DNA from: Eledone cirrhosa
Taxonomy: Eukaryota
NCBI GenBank assembly: GCA_964016885.1
Contig: OZ024741.1
Coordinates: forward strand, 125,612,001-125,676,000
Reading direction: 5' to 3'
DNA length: 64,000 bases
The notes under the pieces were generated by a model, which made no database searches, was not told where the DNA came from, and was given only the letters and a program-made list of their open reading frames with translations. A program made the position numbers and the translations under genes. Positions within the stretch are counted from its first letter, which is position 1. The number at the start of each line of letters is the position of its first letter. This document shows positions 38,597-53,162 of this stretch, one piece after another.

Positions 38597-39221
38597 ACAT
38601 ATATATATCACACACACAAATATTCTTATATGTCAAGAATATCTCTTATAAGAACTTTTCAAATCATTTTTGATTTAGAAATAATTTTGTTGTTTTGAAT
38701 GATAAAAAGCCTTAAAACTCAAAGAAGATTAGTGAACATTACTTACAGAAGCTATGTTGTAAGAAAATAAATAAATCAACTAGTAAATTTGCTCTAATAT
38801 AACTACTGAGTTCTTAGGGCGAGTGACACCAAGATCACTAGACCAGAACACGGAGGCACACAGCTTAGTGGTTATCATAAGGTTGTGGTTTCAGTTCTTG
38901 GATTGGGCAGTGTGTTGTGTTCATCAGCAAGATGTTTTATTTCACGTTGCTTTTCATGAAAGCAGAAAAAAGAACCCATGATAAATATGATTAAGCTTGT
39001 GATAGGGCCTGCGAAGCTAACTCTTGATTCATCAGAAGTAAAAAAGCCTTAAAATGCTCATTGTATTCTATCCAATGTTATAACAACTGAATCAAGTATG
39101 ACTTGTTTAGACTAATGGTCTTAGGTATCTGCAGTGGTGGAAATACCTATAAGCTATATAAGCTATAGTTTAGGGTCACACACTCTCAGGACCCTCATTT
39201 TTTAAAATATATCATCAAAAA

Positions 39222-39262
<41 letters not shown>

Positions 39263-40269
39263 TACACACATACACACATATATGTGTGTATATATATATG
39301 TGAGTGTGTGTGTGTATATATATATCATTTTTGATGATTTAGGTTTAAAGAATAAAAACTAATGATAAAATAAAAATATATTTTTAAAAATGAGGGCCCC
39401 GAGTGTGTGTGGCCCTAATATATATATATATATGAAAAGAGTCAGGACCCCGACGGCTGAGCTCCAGCTGTTTCGACAGCTAGATCCGAGTACTCTGGTG
39501 CATTATGGTCCACCTGGTATCTTACCACACCTTCTTTGTTATATAGATATATATTATATAGATATTAATTAATCTTTATTATTAACATTAATATGAAAAA
39601 TGATAAATATATTTTTTTACAGAAGTGCCTCAAATTTCATAAAGCTTAGAGCCTCAGCAGGTGAATATCTGGCCCTGGATGCCTTTGTAGTGGCAAGCAG
39701 ACACCACCCCCTTGGCCCTCTTAATCTCAACCCAGCAGAACATGAAAAACTTTACTGAGGATTAAATAGAATAGGTCAAATTAGGAAAGTATTATATAGA
39801 CAATCTGTCTGTATAAGAGCTTGTTCGGCTGAGTTAATTAGCAGTGTCAGTTATATGTTGTTTGGCAAGATGCCTGATTTATACTTTGTCACATATTCAC
39901 GTATAGTATATTGTTATTCACAATGTATCCACTAGCAGAAGTATATATATATAAATATATATATATATGTGTGTGTAACTCAGCCCACACTGTAAAGTGT
40001 TTGTTTTGATGCCTCAATAAAAAGTACCCAATGCACACTATAAATGTGGTTGACATTAGGAAAGGTATCCAGCTGTAGAAACCAAGTTAAAATCAGTGCT
40101 GTCTAAACAAGACACTGTCATCTGATCTGGCTTGTCTCACAATGGGACAACTCATCTAACCCACGCTGGATCGAAAAATGGACGTTAAATAGCGATGATG
40201 ATGATATAATATATATGCTTTTACATACATTTTTCGTTGCTTGCATATATATTGCGAATCCTTTTTTTG

Positions 40270-41615
40270 AGGGGATGATCAACAAGAGCTAAGTGTCTGG
40301 CAAAGAGATGCAGGGAGATTGTCAAGTCAAAGCTAGCTGATGGACAGTGTGGTTTTCGCCCGGGATACAGCACAGCCAGCCAAAAATTCACACTGCAGCA
40401 AGTCTTTGAGAAATCGTGGGAGTACTGCCAAGAGGTGTATTCTTGCTTTGTAGACCTCAAAATGCCATTTGACTGTGTTCTACAGGACCTGCAACGAAAG
40501 GTTCTGGGGGAGTATGGGATCGATCAACAGCTTCTTATTGCCCTGATGTCTCTATATGAATTCCTGGGTGTTCGGATAAAAGGAGTCGGACTCGGTCGAG
40601 GGTGCATATTGTCATCTCTCCTGTTCATTATTTTCATGAATCCCGCCGAGGTTGACTTTGCCTTTCATCCTTACGGGGTCGATAAAATAAAGTACCAGCA
40701 ATGCACTGGGTAATTGCTGGCCTTGTGCCTAAAGTAGAAACAATTATTTTCATGAACAGGATTGACATGTGTAACTGGGTTGGAAGTAGTATCACGTCTA
40801 GCAGGTGTCAAATCAGTTGGCTGGCATTTGCAAATGGCATGGTATTAGTTAACTGACACAAAGTGATCTCCAACATGTACTTGATAGGTTTGATGCTGAG
40901 TGTAGCATGGTTGGAATGAAAATCAGTGGTGCGAAACCCGAGACATGCGTCCTCTCAAACAAGACTGTGCAGTGTATTCTACATGTGAATGGAGTTCCAC
41001 TGAAGCAGAAGTTCAAGCATCGAGAGGCAATCCTCACAAGTGATGGAAGGCAGGAGGTTGAAGTAAGTGCAAGAATTGCAGGAACTGCTGCATTAATGTG
41101 CCAACTTCAGCATTTGGTAATCAGAAAAAGAGAGGTAGGTGTGAAAGCCAAACTCGTTATCTTCAATTCAGTATTTGTGCCAAACCTTACCTATGGTCAT
41201 GAATATTGGGTAATGACCAAAAGAATATGATTGCAAATACAAGCGACCGAAATGGGGTTCCTCTGAGGGTCTTTGGAGTAACATTTCTTGACAGAGTGCA
41301 TAGCTTGGAGATCAGAAAGTCACTTCAGGTAGAGCCGCTACTTCTCCAAATCAAGAGATCACAGCTCCAATACTATGGGCATGTGGTTAAAATGTCATAG
41401 GAAAGAATCGCTAAACAGACAAAACCAACTGGAAAAAGACCCAGGGGTAGACCCTGAGCAAGATAGTTGGATAACATCCATGACCTCAGCTGGCCATGCT
41501 TGGGGATCCAGCCAGATCAGTTGGAGACTGTTGCTTCTGACAAGACTCACTGGAAGGGATAGTTGAGGACTCTGCCCTCACGACCCTCCCAGGATTAAGT
41601 CGATGAAGAAGAATA
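40270..41615 (+). pseudogene. Old RTE LINE RT remnant interrupted by a SINE
   Basis: QCGFRPG, YSCFVDLK, LSSLLFIIFM, LTYGHEYW, YYGHVV motifs with many lesions. A SINE at 40641-40742 is flanked by a 14-bp TSD attattttcatgaa. Confidence 0.85.
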
Positions 41616-42330
41616 AGCACAACAAGACCCCAGACCTCATTTGCTTACCGTGCGGGATGGAACTCATCAGATCGGACCAAATAAACAATGTTTCCATTAA
41701 TCTTTCCATTTGCTGATACTATCTACTGGTCGCAACTCCTAGCAAAAGGAACAACATGAAATAAAGTGTCTTGCTTAAGGACATAACACATCACCAGGCC
41801 TGGGAATTGAACTCACAACCTCATGATAATGAATGCAACTCTCTAACCACTATATCATCATCATCATCATCATCATCATTTTACATCCGCTTCTCCCTGC
41901 TTGCAAGGGTGGGACGGGAACTGATTCTGGCTTGATTTCTACAGCTGGATGCCCTTCCTAACACCAACCTCATTTACAGTGAGTGCTGGGTGCTTTCTTT
42001 GCCGTGGCACCTCCACGACCACTTTGCAGTGGAATGATAGGGACCACAGTCCCTATCATCTCATTTCTACAGCTGAGTAAACTGGAGCAATGTGAAATAA
42101 AGTGTCTTGCTCAAGGAAACAACACATATATAGATAGATATCCTTTTATGCATGATTTTTCTTTGCTTGCATATATATATATATATATGACCGATGCAAG
42201 CATGGAAATTATAATGATGATGATTATAAGATAATAAACCCTTGATTTTACTGGCTAATAGGTGTGAAGGTGGTCCATTAATCCTTTAAATTTGAAATTC
42301 CTTAAATCATGGTTCATTAAACAAAGGATT

Positions 42331-42376
<46 letters not shown>

Positions 42377-42377
<1 letters not shown>

Positions 42378-42483
42378 TTTTAATATAAATGAGATTCTAC
42401 AGGACTAGAACTGTTTCATTCTTTAGATGATTTCTAAAGAATGAAACAGTTCTAGTCCTCTAGAATCTCATCTAAATTAAAAC
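42377..42483. repeat. Fold-back palindrome turning within a hammerhead core
   Basis: Arms gagattctacaggactagaactgtttcattctttaga / tctaaagaatgaaacagttctagtcctctagaatctc; centre 42430. Confidence 0.8.
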
Positions 42484-42550
42484 TTTTATAATCTGCAATG
42501 TATTGAGTACCTTACTTACTGTGGTTACCTCCGATTCAACCCGGAATAAC

Positions 42551-42644
<94 letters not shown>

Positions 42645-43058
42645 CTATGTATGTATGTCATCATCATCATCATCACCGTTTTACGTCCGTTCTTCCACGC
42701 TAGCATGGGTTAGACGGGTTGTCCTGTTGTGGGCAGTGTCTGGTCGGCTGACCATGCCTTGCTCGTACAGAAACTGATTTGGCTTAATTTCTACAGCTGG
42801 ATGCCCTTCCTAACACCAACCTCATTTACAGTGAGTGCTGGGTGCTTTTTCGTGGCGCCTACACGTCCACTTTACAGTGTGGGCTGGGTGCTTTTTTTCC
42901 GTGGCACCTCCACGACCACCTTGCAGTGGGGGGTGTGGGGGCATATTGTCTATATGCTTCAGCTTGTACCCATGGGAGGTCGGGTACTCTGTATTACTGT
43001 GTGATGCCAGAGGTCACGGTTTAGTATAGCACTCAGTCCATGGTATGAGTTTGGTAGA

Positions 43059-43236
43059 AGTAGTTCCACAACAGTTAATTCCCCATTTCTGAGAACAATT
43101 TGTTTCACCTTAGACGGCTTATTAGCTCGGTTTAAATGAGATTATTCGTATAATCTCATTTAAACTGAGCTGATGATTCATCTAAAGTGAAACAAATTGT
43201 TCTCAAAAATAGTAAATTAACTGTTGTGGAACTACT
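43059..43236. repeat. Imperfect palindrome containing inverted hammerhead copies
   Basis: Centre gagattat-tcgt-ataatctc (43147). The right arm has ctgag-CTGATGA(43170)...GAAA(43189)caaattgTT-ctca. Confidence 0.8.
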
Positions 43237-43367
43237 CTCAAATTCGTTGGATTTTCTAATTGGATTTTCATTCCGAAACTGGATACCAACCCGGAGTATA
43301 TCTGAACTTCCACCAGGAAATCTTTCATATCATTGAAATTTTCTTTATTTCTCTCTCTCTATATATA

Positions 43368-43462
<95 letters not shown>

Positions 43463-44185
43463 ATAATTATATTATATATTAATGTTAATGCACAAAACAG
43501 AAAGAACTACCTAAGGTTTGAAGGACCAATTATGACCACCTCCCCAGATTGTAGAAGAGCAATCAAATTTAACTCATGCTAGCAGAGTAAGATGGACATT
43601 AAATGATGAAGATGATGGTGACACATACACATGTTTAGCTGACTTTTTACAAGGTTGCATCTCAAAGGTTTCAGAGTTGTTTCGATGATAGAGGCTCCAG
43701 TCCCTCTGGCCTTAAGATCATCGTACCAACACTCTAAAAACTAGGCTTTCGTTCATGGAGACATAAGAATGCTGTCATGGCAAACGGCATGACTTAGCCA
43801 TTTTAAACCTGACAACGCCCGTCTCATTTCATGTAATATGTATATATGATATATATATATATATATTCATTTCTTTTCTATTGATGCATGTGTAAGACAA
43901 ATAAAATGTCTTAAATTTCTTGATTTTTCTTATATACACCCTTTGAGATGGAAAAAGAAGTTGCCATCGGCTGCTATGTTTAATAGTTCAAATCCTAGCC
44001 AGTATCTGTGAGATACGAGGTTCATTTACTCATAACAGCAACTTCTTTTTCCCTCTAAAAGGGTCTTCACCCTATTTTATAAGCTATTTTATAGCATCTC
44101 CGAAAATAAGAACATCACTCTTTAACTTAATCCCCTCAGCACTTTGTAAAAGTCTGAGATATCAGCTACATATATATATATTTAT

Positions 44186-44246
<61 letters not shown>

Positions 44247-44777
44247 TAGGTAATATGGTGAAATACTGGTGTTGATACCAAATCAAGCACTCTATGCACA
44301 GGCAGAGTGTATAGAATAGAAAAAAACGAGGTCACCTTGAGCCAATCCTCTGCGAAACACGCATAACAGGTCGATACACAATAAATATTTTTCATATGTA
44401 AACGAAACTACCTTGTGTATATATATTTATATACATACATATATATATTCACTTAAATAATTATCGTGTCGTCTTGAGTTCGTTATGAGTCTCTTTTTTA
44501 TAAAAGGATGCCACAGAGTGTACACATTCTGTGTTTATTATAACATTCTTTTGAGCAACGCTTGTAATAACTCTAGTTAAGGCAACGCTTGTAATAACTC
44601 TAGTTAAACATGATATATATTAATAATAAATTATCGTTGTAATGTAATTAGATTATATAATTGTTATTTTATAAATGATCTTATAAATATTATTGTAAGA
44701 TGTATAAACATATTTTCAGACTTTTAATAGTTAATATAAATTTAAAAAATCATATATAAATTAACAATATAACTTAC

Positions 44778-44920
44778 CAAAACGAGAAAAATATTTTGAT
44801 GATAAACGACGAAATACTGGAGGAAGATTCAAAAGCGAAACGATAAATAAACGTGGAAACAAAGTGGCGGATGCTTTTGAGCAACAATTACTCACGTTGG
44901 TTGATTAGCCAATAAGACGA
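44778..44920 (-). promoter_or_regulatory. Candidate promoter / non-coding first exon of a minus-strand host gene
   Basis: Locally CpG-retaining unique sequence, a CCAAT box (agccaat ~44907), and a strong donor G|GTAAGT at 44778/44777 on the minus strand. Confidence 0.3.
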
Positions 44921-45237
44921 TACATTACAAAAGATGTTTGGGAGGCATCACCACGGCCAGAGATACCCCTTGAATTTTTATTCACAAGCTACGCATGTAT
45001 GTCTAACACGCAGACTTAAAACATTCTCTTGTTAGTCACTGCGTGTCTATACATATATATATACATCATCGATTACGTCTATCTTCCACGCTAGCATGGG
45101 TTAGGCAGGTTTGTCCCATTTAGAGGCAAGTTGAGTCGGGTGACCATGTCTTGCTCATATACATATATATATATTTATAGTTATACTTTGGGAGGGTCAT
45201 GCTGCCAATAAAACACATACACCTGTTAGTTTTTACT

Positions 45238-45570
45238 TCAATTTATTACAAATTTCGATTTGGTTGGTTCACCCTCTCCAATTGACCTGGTTGTATTCTC
45301 AGCTGAGCTCAAGGAAGTTATCCAACCAGATAGTTGTTTATATATTGTCAAAGCTCTGGTTGGTTCAATAATAGGATAGTTTTTATATATTATCAAAGCT
45401 CTTTTGTCACACATTATGTGACCTCCACAGAATGTGTGATGAAAGAGCTTAGACAATATATAAACAACCATCCAGTTATTGAACCAACCAGAGCTTTGAC
45501 AATATATAAACAACCTTCCAGTTATTGAACCAACCAACCAACCAACCGAAAATGTTTAATTAATTGGAGT
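45238..45570. mobile_element. Foldback-like element with long imperfect inverted arms and internal sub-repeats
   Basis: gttgtttatatattgtcaaagctctggttggttcaataa on the left is mirrored twice as ttattgaaccaaccagagctttgacaatatataaacaac on the right. Central stem gtcacacatt/aatgtgtgat. Confidence 0.65.
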
Positions 45571-46132
45571 GAAAACACAGGTGCATGTGTTTTCATTGAC
45601 AGCATGACCCTCCCAAAGTATAATGATATCTGTTTCAACACACATTTTCAGATAAAAAATTTTACAAAACAAATTCAAAAACGAAGTATATATCATCATC
45701 ATCATCATAATCACCGTTTTTCGTCCATTCTTCCATGCTAGCATGGATTAGGCGAGTTGTTATGGGCAATGCTAGGTCAGGTGACCATGCTTTGCTTATA
45801 CAGAACTGATATTGGCTTGGTTTCTACAGCTGGATGCCCTTCCTAATGCCAACCTCATTTACAGTGAGTACTGGGTGCTTTTTGTCATGATACCTCCATG
45901 ACCACTTTACAGTGTGGAGTGGGTGCCTTTTGTTGTGACACCTACACAACCAGTTTACAGTGTGGACTGGGTGCTTTTCACAGTCATACTTACAGTGGAA
46001 GGGTGGATGTGGGTGGGGCAGGGCATATATATAAAGGAATGTATCAACAACCTGTGAGGTTATTTCAGACCATAACCCATCCAACCCATGCCAGTGTAGG
46101 CAACAGTCATTAAATGATGTTCATTATGTTGT

Positions 46133-46163
<31 letters not shown>

Positions 46164-46410
46164 ATAAATGTTTCAAAGTGTTAATTGGTGGGTATGGATT
46201 GCTTGTGTTATGAGCCGTAGGTAACACACACACACACTCACAAACATACATACACATATACATATGTACGTACATACATACATGTATACATATATACATA
46301 CATATGTACATATATATATACAGACATACATACACACATACATACATTTATGCATGCATAACATAACAAACATTGTACACATACATTCATACATGTGTGT
46401 CATATATGGG

Positions 46411-46445
<35 letters not shown>

Positions 46446-46563
46446 CGCGCGCGCGAGTGTAAGAATCCAGTACTATGTGTATAATCAAGGTAATTAGTAG
46501 GTGTTGAAAGAATGCATAGGTATTCTTGTGAGGAAGTCCATTAAGTGCAAGCTAGTAAGTCAT

Positions 46564-46597
<34 letters not shown>

Positions 46598-46659
46598 AAT
46601 ATATATCATCATCATCATCATCGCTGTTTAACGGCCAATTTTCCATGCTAGCATGGGTT

Positions 46660-46747
<88 letters not shown>

Positions 46748-46862
46748 TATATACTCACATACATATATACATATATATATACACACACTCACATATATAT
46801 ATATGTATATATACATATATATACTCATGTATATATATATATATTTACATATATACATATGC

Positions 46863-46907
<45 letters not shown>

Positions 46908-49900
46908 CAAATATGTATGTTTATGTGTATGTATATATGTGCATTTCCGTGTTTGTATATATATGTGTATAAGCATCATCATCATCATTTTTATTTCATA
47001 ATAGTGTATATAGATATCTTGCTGCTCATATTTATATTGATGCAGGCGTGATCCTGTATCTCCTAAAGAAATTGTTAGGACGCCATGTTGACATACAGTG
47101 TTTCTAGGTCATTTTTAAACCTTGTGGAGCCCATCTCCTCTCCCGGTCTGAATACAACAGATTTCTTCTAGAGAAGGCTAGAGAGTGAGAGAAAGAAAGA
47201 GAGAAAGAGACATTGAGGAAGAATCAACCTCAGTACTAGACTGGTACTTTTTTATCAACCTCGAATGGATGAAAGGCAAAATTGACCTCAGTTGGATTTG
47301 AACTGAGAGAACAGAGAGATGAAATAAATACCGCGAATTATTCTATCTGATGATCTAATGACTGTGCCAATTCCCCAATATTTTAGCTGAAATAGGAACC
47401 CTTTAAAATGGGTGGTATGGGAATTCATAGAACCAGAAAGGAAACACTTAGAAGAACTTAATGCAAATAAAAACAACTTCCCCTTTATTTATTTATTTAT
47501 CTATTTTATTTATTTATCTACTTTGCTTCTTTTTACTGATTTCAGTTATAGGACTGCGCCATGCTAGGGTACCACTTTCAAGGGGTCGATTATATTGAAC
47601 TCTTCCTTCCAGTAATTTGTTTCATACTTATTTCATAGATAGAGAAAATGTAGTGATCATTAACCACCACCACTACTACTAACACCAACGACAACACTAT
47701 TGCCACCACCACTACCACCTACCAACACCACTATCACCAGCAATACCAACATTAACAACACCATCACCACTACTACTACAACACTACCATTACCATCACC
47801 ACTACTACTACAACCAACACTACCACTACCAACAATACTACCATTACCACCATCACTACCACTACCAACAACACTACCATTACCACCATCACTGCAACCA
47901 TCAATACTCCTACCACCACCAACACCACTACAGCCATCATAACCATTACTACCACCACTACTACTACTACTACTACAACCATCACTAGAATTAGCAACAA
48001 CACCATTACCACCATCACTGCAAACATCCACCAACACCACTAACATTACCAACATTAACACCACCACTATTACTACAATTACCAACAACGCCATTAACAC
48101 CACCACTACCACTACAACCATCAACCACCACCACTACTATTACTACCACTACAACCATCACTACAAATCCTAGCACTACCAATACTAGCACTACCACCAC
48201 TAGCACCACAAGCTTTACATGACTGGAGCAAGATACTGCACACACATACACACACACACATGCACGCATATACACATACACATACATTATGTATACATAC
48301 ACATACATTATGTATACACACACATATATACACACAAAACACACATACACATACATCCTGCTCCTGTCATATGAAGCTAGAAATCAATGTTTTTCTTCCA
48401 TGTCTCAGAGTGCAAATAATTATCTCATTAGTCAATCAATGTTTAATTTAGAAGTCATGGGTTCAAGTCCCACCCCTGCCAAATGTTCTATATGTGTTTT
48501 ATCCTAAAATATCGCAACCTTTTTGACACCAAATTGTCTGAAACTGCCTCTGGTTCTGTGATACAAAACTGTTTTAAAGTGTCTATATTTATCTAAAAAT
48601 ATTCCATCATAATTTTATATAAGAATCTTTGTTATGTCCTAAAATAAGCTTAATAATGAGGAAATTATATTACTAAATCGCTCCAAATTCTTATTTTCAA
48701 TATTATTTGGAAATCATAGTGTTTTTCACTATAAATGTATCAACAAACGGGTTAAATTGAATTGTATATATTTGTCTAAAAACCTTGCCATCAGTTTTAT
48801 GTAAGAACCTTTATTGTTTTAAACACAAGCGTGTTTATCAAAAGGGTTAATTTACAAATTACATTTATTCCCAACAAATTTTGCAGCATCAAATTTAAAG
48901 GACAGTCTAGCTCATGGTCCTGTCTGACAGGATGAAGAAAACATTGCCCAAGAGAACTGGGAAGGAGATACACTGGAACAGCCACTCCACCTCACGAGGC
49001 TTGCACTTGTGGGTAGCCAGATCTACTCCGAAAGCAGTTAGTAGGGATGCGGTTCAAGGGCCAAGAATGCCGGAAGTTTCCACTGCCACAGGCTCCACAA
49101 CAAACCTATCAGAGAGTGGCTGATAGTTTGCCTGGCAGGCAGTTAATCCTGGGCTGATAATGAGAAAACTAATTATATTGTTAAATCCCTCCAAATTCTT
49201 GATTATTTTCAAAATTATTTTAACACTTTAGCATTTAAACTGGCCATATCTCACCTTTTCTGTTCAAACCAGTCGTACTGGCTGCTCGTACTTATGTTAA
49301 AGTATTGTTCTCAAAATAAATAATATCAAAATCTCGTGGATTCAATATTATGTGTGACAATTATGTAAGGTAAGGTGTTTACTATGAACATACAATAGTA
49401 AATATAGAGTAATGTAAATGCTAAAGGGTTAAAATCATAGGCAATGTCTTTCATTAGAAATATTGTAACAAAAGAGATAAGGGTACATGTGTCTGTGGAA
49501 TACTCAGCCACTTGGGTAATCCAGTTAATAACTAGAATACTCATCATCGAAACCATTTATTTGACATAATCTTTATTTTACAGCCGCAGAAACCATGCCA
49601 AAAGAGACTGTGAGGATTCTTCAGTTGTGTCAAGGACAAAACAACCTCTTTAGTATTTGTGTGGACAAAATGCACCTAATACACTGTTAGATAACTGGTG
49701 ATAGGAAGGGTATCCAACTGTAGAAACCATGCCAAAAGAGGTCAATAGGACTCATCAGTTGTGTCAAAGGCACTACAACCTCCCTAGAGTTGGTGTTTCC
49801 AGTACACTTTTCAAATAGGTTGGTGATAGGAAGAAGATCAATGCATAGAAAATGGGCTTAAAAACTCTACCGCTATGTCACAGACATGACAACCACTTTA

Positions 49901-51314
49901 GTGTTGTTGCGGACATGATAAAACACACCCAGTACAGTGTGTAAAATGGTTAGTGATAAGCAGGTCATCCAACTGTAGATAACTTACCCCAAAAAGGGCT
50001 GAAAGGAATCTTCAGTTGTGTCAAAAACATGATAGCCTCCCTAATGCTGGTACCACAATAAGATGCAGCCATTACACTCTGGAGACTACAGGAATGTATA
50101 TGGGACCCACTGCTAGTCTGAAAAATCAGGGGCTCCAATTAAGTACTTACATGGTCTGTGATGATCTGTTCAACCCTTGCTAGCAAGGAAAAGTCTAATG
50201 TCTGTCTCAAGTCTAGAGGCTCATCAGGCCACTGCTTATCTCAGTTTTCTTGATGTGAAGTGACTGAGAGTACAAGACTTTCCCCTAGGCAGGACACCAG
50301 TCCATCACATAGTCCAGCTATTGCTGCTAGTACTCATCTTCAGTATACTGGAGCAACGTGAAATGAAAGTATACTGGAGCATTCACTTCCCTGACATTTG
50401 TATATTATTCTATGTACTATACATGCACCTTTGACGAGTTGTAGTGCACCTGAGCACTTTACACAATAATTTCATTATTATTATTATAACAGGAAATGAA
50501 AGTATACTAGAGCAACATGAAATGAAGTGTTTTGATCATGAACATAACACACAACCCAGTCCAGGAATCAAACCCACAACGTTATTATCGTAAGTCCAAC
50601 ACACTTACCACTAGACCACATTCCTCTTAAATGATGATTATGATAATGAAAGTGTGTGTGTGTTGAGTATTTGGTTGCTATTTCTAGCATATCAAAGAAC
50701 CATGTAGAAGCTCCCTCAATAACATAAGGTGTTGATAAGGTTCTAAGTTCTATAAGTGAGTGCCAACATGTTTCTCTCTGTTCTTCTCTTTCTTTATTGA
50801 ATTATTTATTTATTTATTTTATTTTACACTTATTTATTTTTATCCTTTTTAGATATTTATCATTTTATTTATTTTTATGCATTTTTTATATTTATTCTTT
50901 TATATTTTATTTATTTCATATTTTATTTTTCATTTTATATATATTTATTCATTTATTTAGTTTTACTCTTATTAACTCATTTTAGTGTATATTTTACTAT
51001 TTTTTATTTATTTATATTTATTTATTTTTTCTATATTTTGTATTGAATATTTTTCTCCCCACTTCCCCCCTCCCTTCATTGTTATTTTGGAAATGTATAA
51101 TTAATTTAGTATTCTGTTGCACACCATTGATTATTTCATTCTTCTTTTATCATTTATTTTCTTCTTAGTTCATAAAATTATTTTGTTATTTCTTTTTTTG
51201 TTTTTTTGTTTTTGTTTTTGTTTTGTTTCTTCGTTGTTGTTGTTGTTGTTTTTATTTATTTCTTCGGTTTGATCTTCTATTCTGGTGTGTTTAATATAAA
51301 AACACAGACTATTC

Positions 51315-51690
51315 ATCCATCCATTCATATATCCATCCAGCCAGGCTGACCATCTAACCATTCATCCAGCCAACCATCCATCCAGCCAGCCAACCATCCA
51401 GCCAGCCAACCATCCAACCAGCCAGCCAATCATCCAACCAGCCAGCCAACCATCCAACCAGCCAGCCAACCATCCAGCCAACCATCCAACCAGCCAGCCA
51501 ACCATCCAACCAGCCAGCCAACCATCCAACCAGCCAGCCAGCCAACCATCCAACCAGCCAGCCAACCAGCCAGCCAACCATCCAGCCAGCCAACCATCCA
51601 ACCAGCCAGCCAACCATCCATCCAGCCAGCCAACCATCCAACCATCCATCCAGCCAGCCAGCCAGCAAGTCATACATACATCCATCCATT
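51315..51690. repeat. (CCAN)n tetranucleotide tract
   Basis: Runs of ccag/ccaa/ccat; explains the WLAG/WMVG ORFs. Confidence 0.92.
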
Positions 51691-51881
51691 CATTTGATAG
51701 ACAGACAAACGTTTACTTATCAATAATCTATGTAACCTTTTATATACACACATATACATGCATATATGTATATAATACACACATACAAACACACAATTAC
51801 ACACACACATAATATATTATCATCATCGTCATTTTACTTCTGCTTTCCTTTATATCATCATCATCAATATATACATATATA

Positions 51882-51912
<31 letters not shown>

Positions 51913-51993
51913 CCTCATCATCATCATCATCATCATCACCATTTAACATCTATTTTTCCATGCTTATATATATAACCAGCATCACAATATATT

Positions 51994-52078
<85 letters not shown>

Positions 52079-52330
52079 CATACATGCACACACATAAATA
52101 CATATATATATATATACATACATGCACACACATAAATACATATATACATACATGTATACATATGTATATATATAGGTGAATTACTCGTATAATCTCCTCT
52201 ACCATTTTAAAATGTCAGATATATACAAATAGATTAAAGAAGAATATTATTGCGGTCTGGAGCTCCGAGTGTTAGTGGTCTGTCAGTGTGTGTGTTAGTG
52301 GTGAGACTGTGTGTGTGTTAGTGGTGTGTG

Positions 52331-52380
<50 letters not shown>

Positions 52381-52692
52381 TGAATCATCATCATCATCAT
52401 CGTTTAACGTCCATCTTCCAAGCTAGCATGGGTTAAACGGGTTTGTCAAACTTCAGGCAAGATTGGTCGGGTGACCGTGTCTCACTCGTATAGAACTGTA
52501 TCTGGCGGGTTTTCTACAGCTGGATGCCCTTCCTAACGCCAACCACATTTACAGTGTCGACTAATTTTATAGAGAAAGGGGTGGTGTTGGCGGGAGTGGA
52601 AGGATGGAGTAGGCATAGTGGGTTGGGGTGTATGTTTTGTTTGGAGGGGCCTACTGACTGTAGGTTAACTTTGCACATAAGGAAGGCGGGTC

Positions 52693-52783
<91 letters not shown>

Positions 52784-52787
<4 letters not shown>

Positions 52788-53149
52788 GTGTTCTGCCAGA
52801 CCCAGGATTATTTATTTGAGTAAATATCACCGGAATCTAACTACTAAATTTTATACAGAAAAGGATAAGATATATTTACAAAACACCATATCGAATACAA
52901 GTCTTCATTTTATTATAACTCCGTTATAATTGTTGTACACAAATATCCTCGTACATATTTAGGTATAGTCCAAGCCCATGATTAACATGTTTATCTTCAG
53001 TGTTGTCGGTTCGAAGGAAAGGCGCCAAAGAGAGAAAGAGCTGGCTGTGTTGCCGCTATTTGTAACCTCTTTCCGGAAGTTGCAAAAGAGAGTTCTAGAC
53101 TTTCGACGGGAAGTAACTCTAACTACTTCCCTGTCTAGAGAGCGCTACA
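52784..53149 (-). repeat. 3' LTR (366 bp)
   Basis: Direct repeat of 56905-57272; minus-strand termini TGTAGCG...CACTAAA. Confidence 0.93.
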
Positions 53150-53152
53150 AGA

Positions 53153-53162
53153 CTCCCCTCTC
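53153..53162 (-). promoter_or_regulatory. Polypurine tract
   Basis: GAGAGGGGAG just upstream of the 3' LTR on the minus strand. Confidence 0.8.

Noticed and set aside
48860-49160. GC-richer unique patch with a 69-aa ORF
   Set aside because: No recognisable domain or convincing splice sites; origin unresolved.
51354-51689. WLAG/WMVG repeat proteins
   Set aside because: (CCAN)n tetranucleotide repeat.
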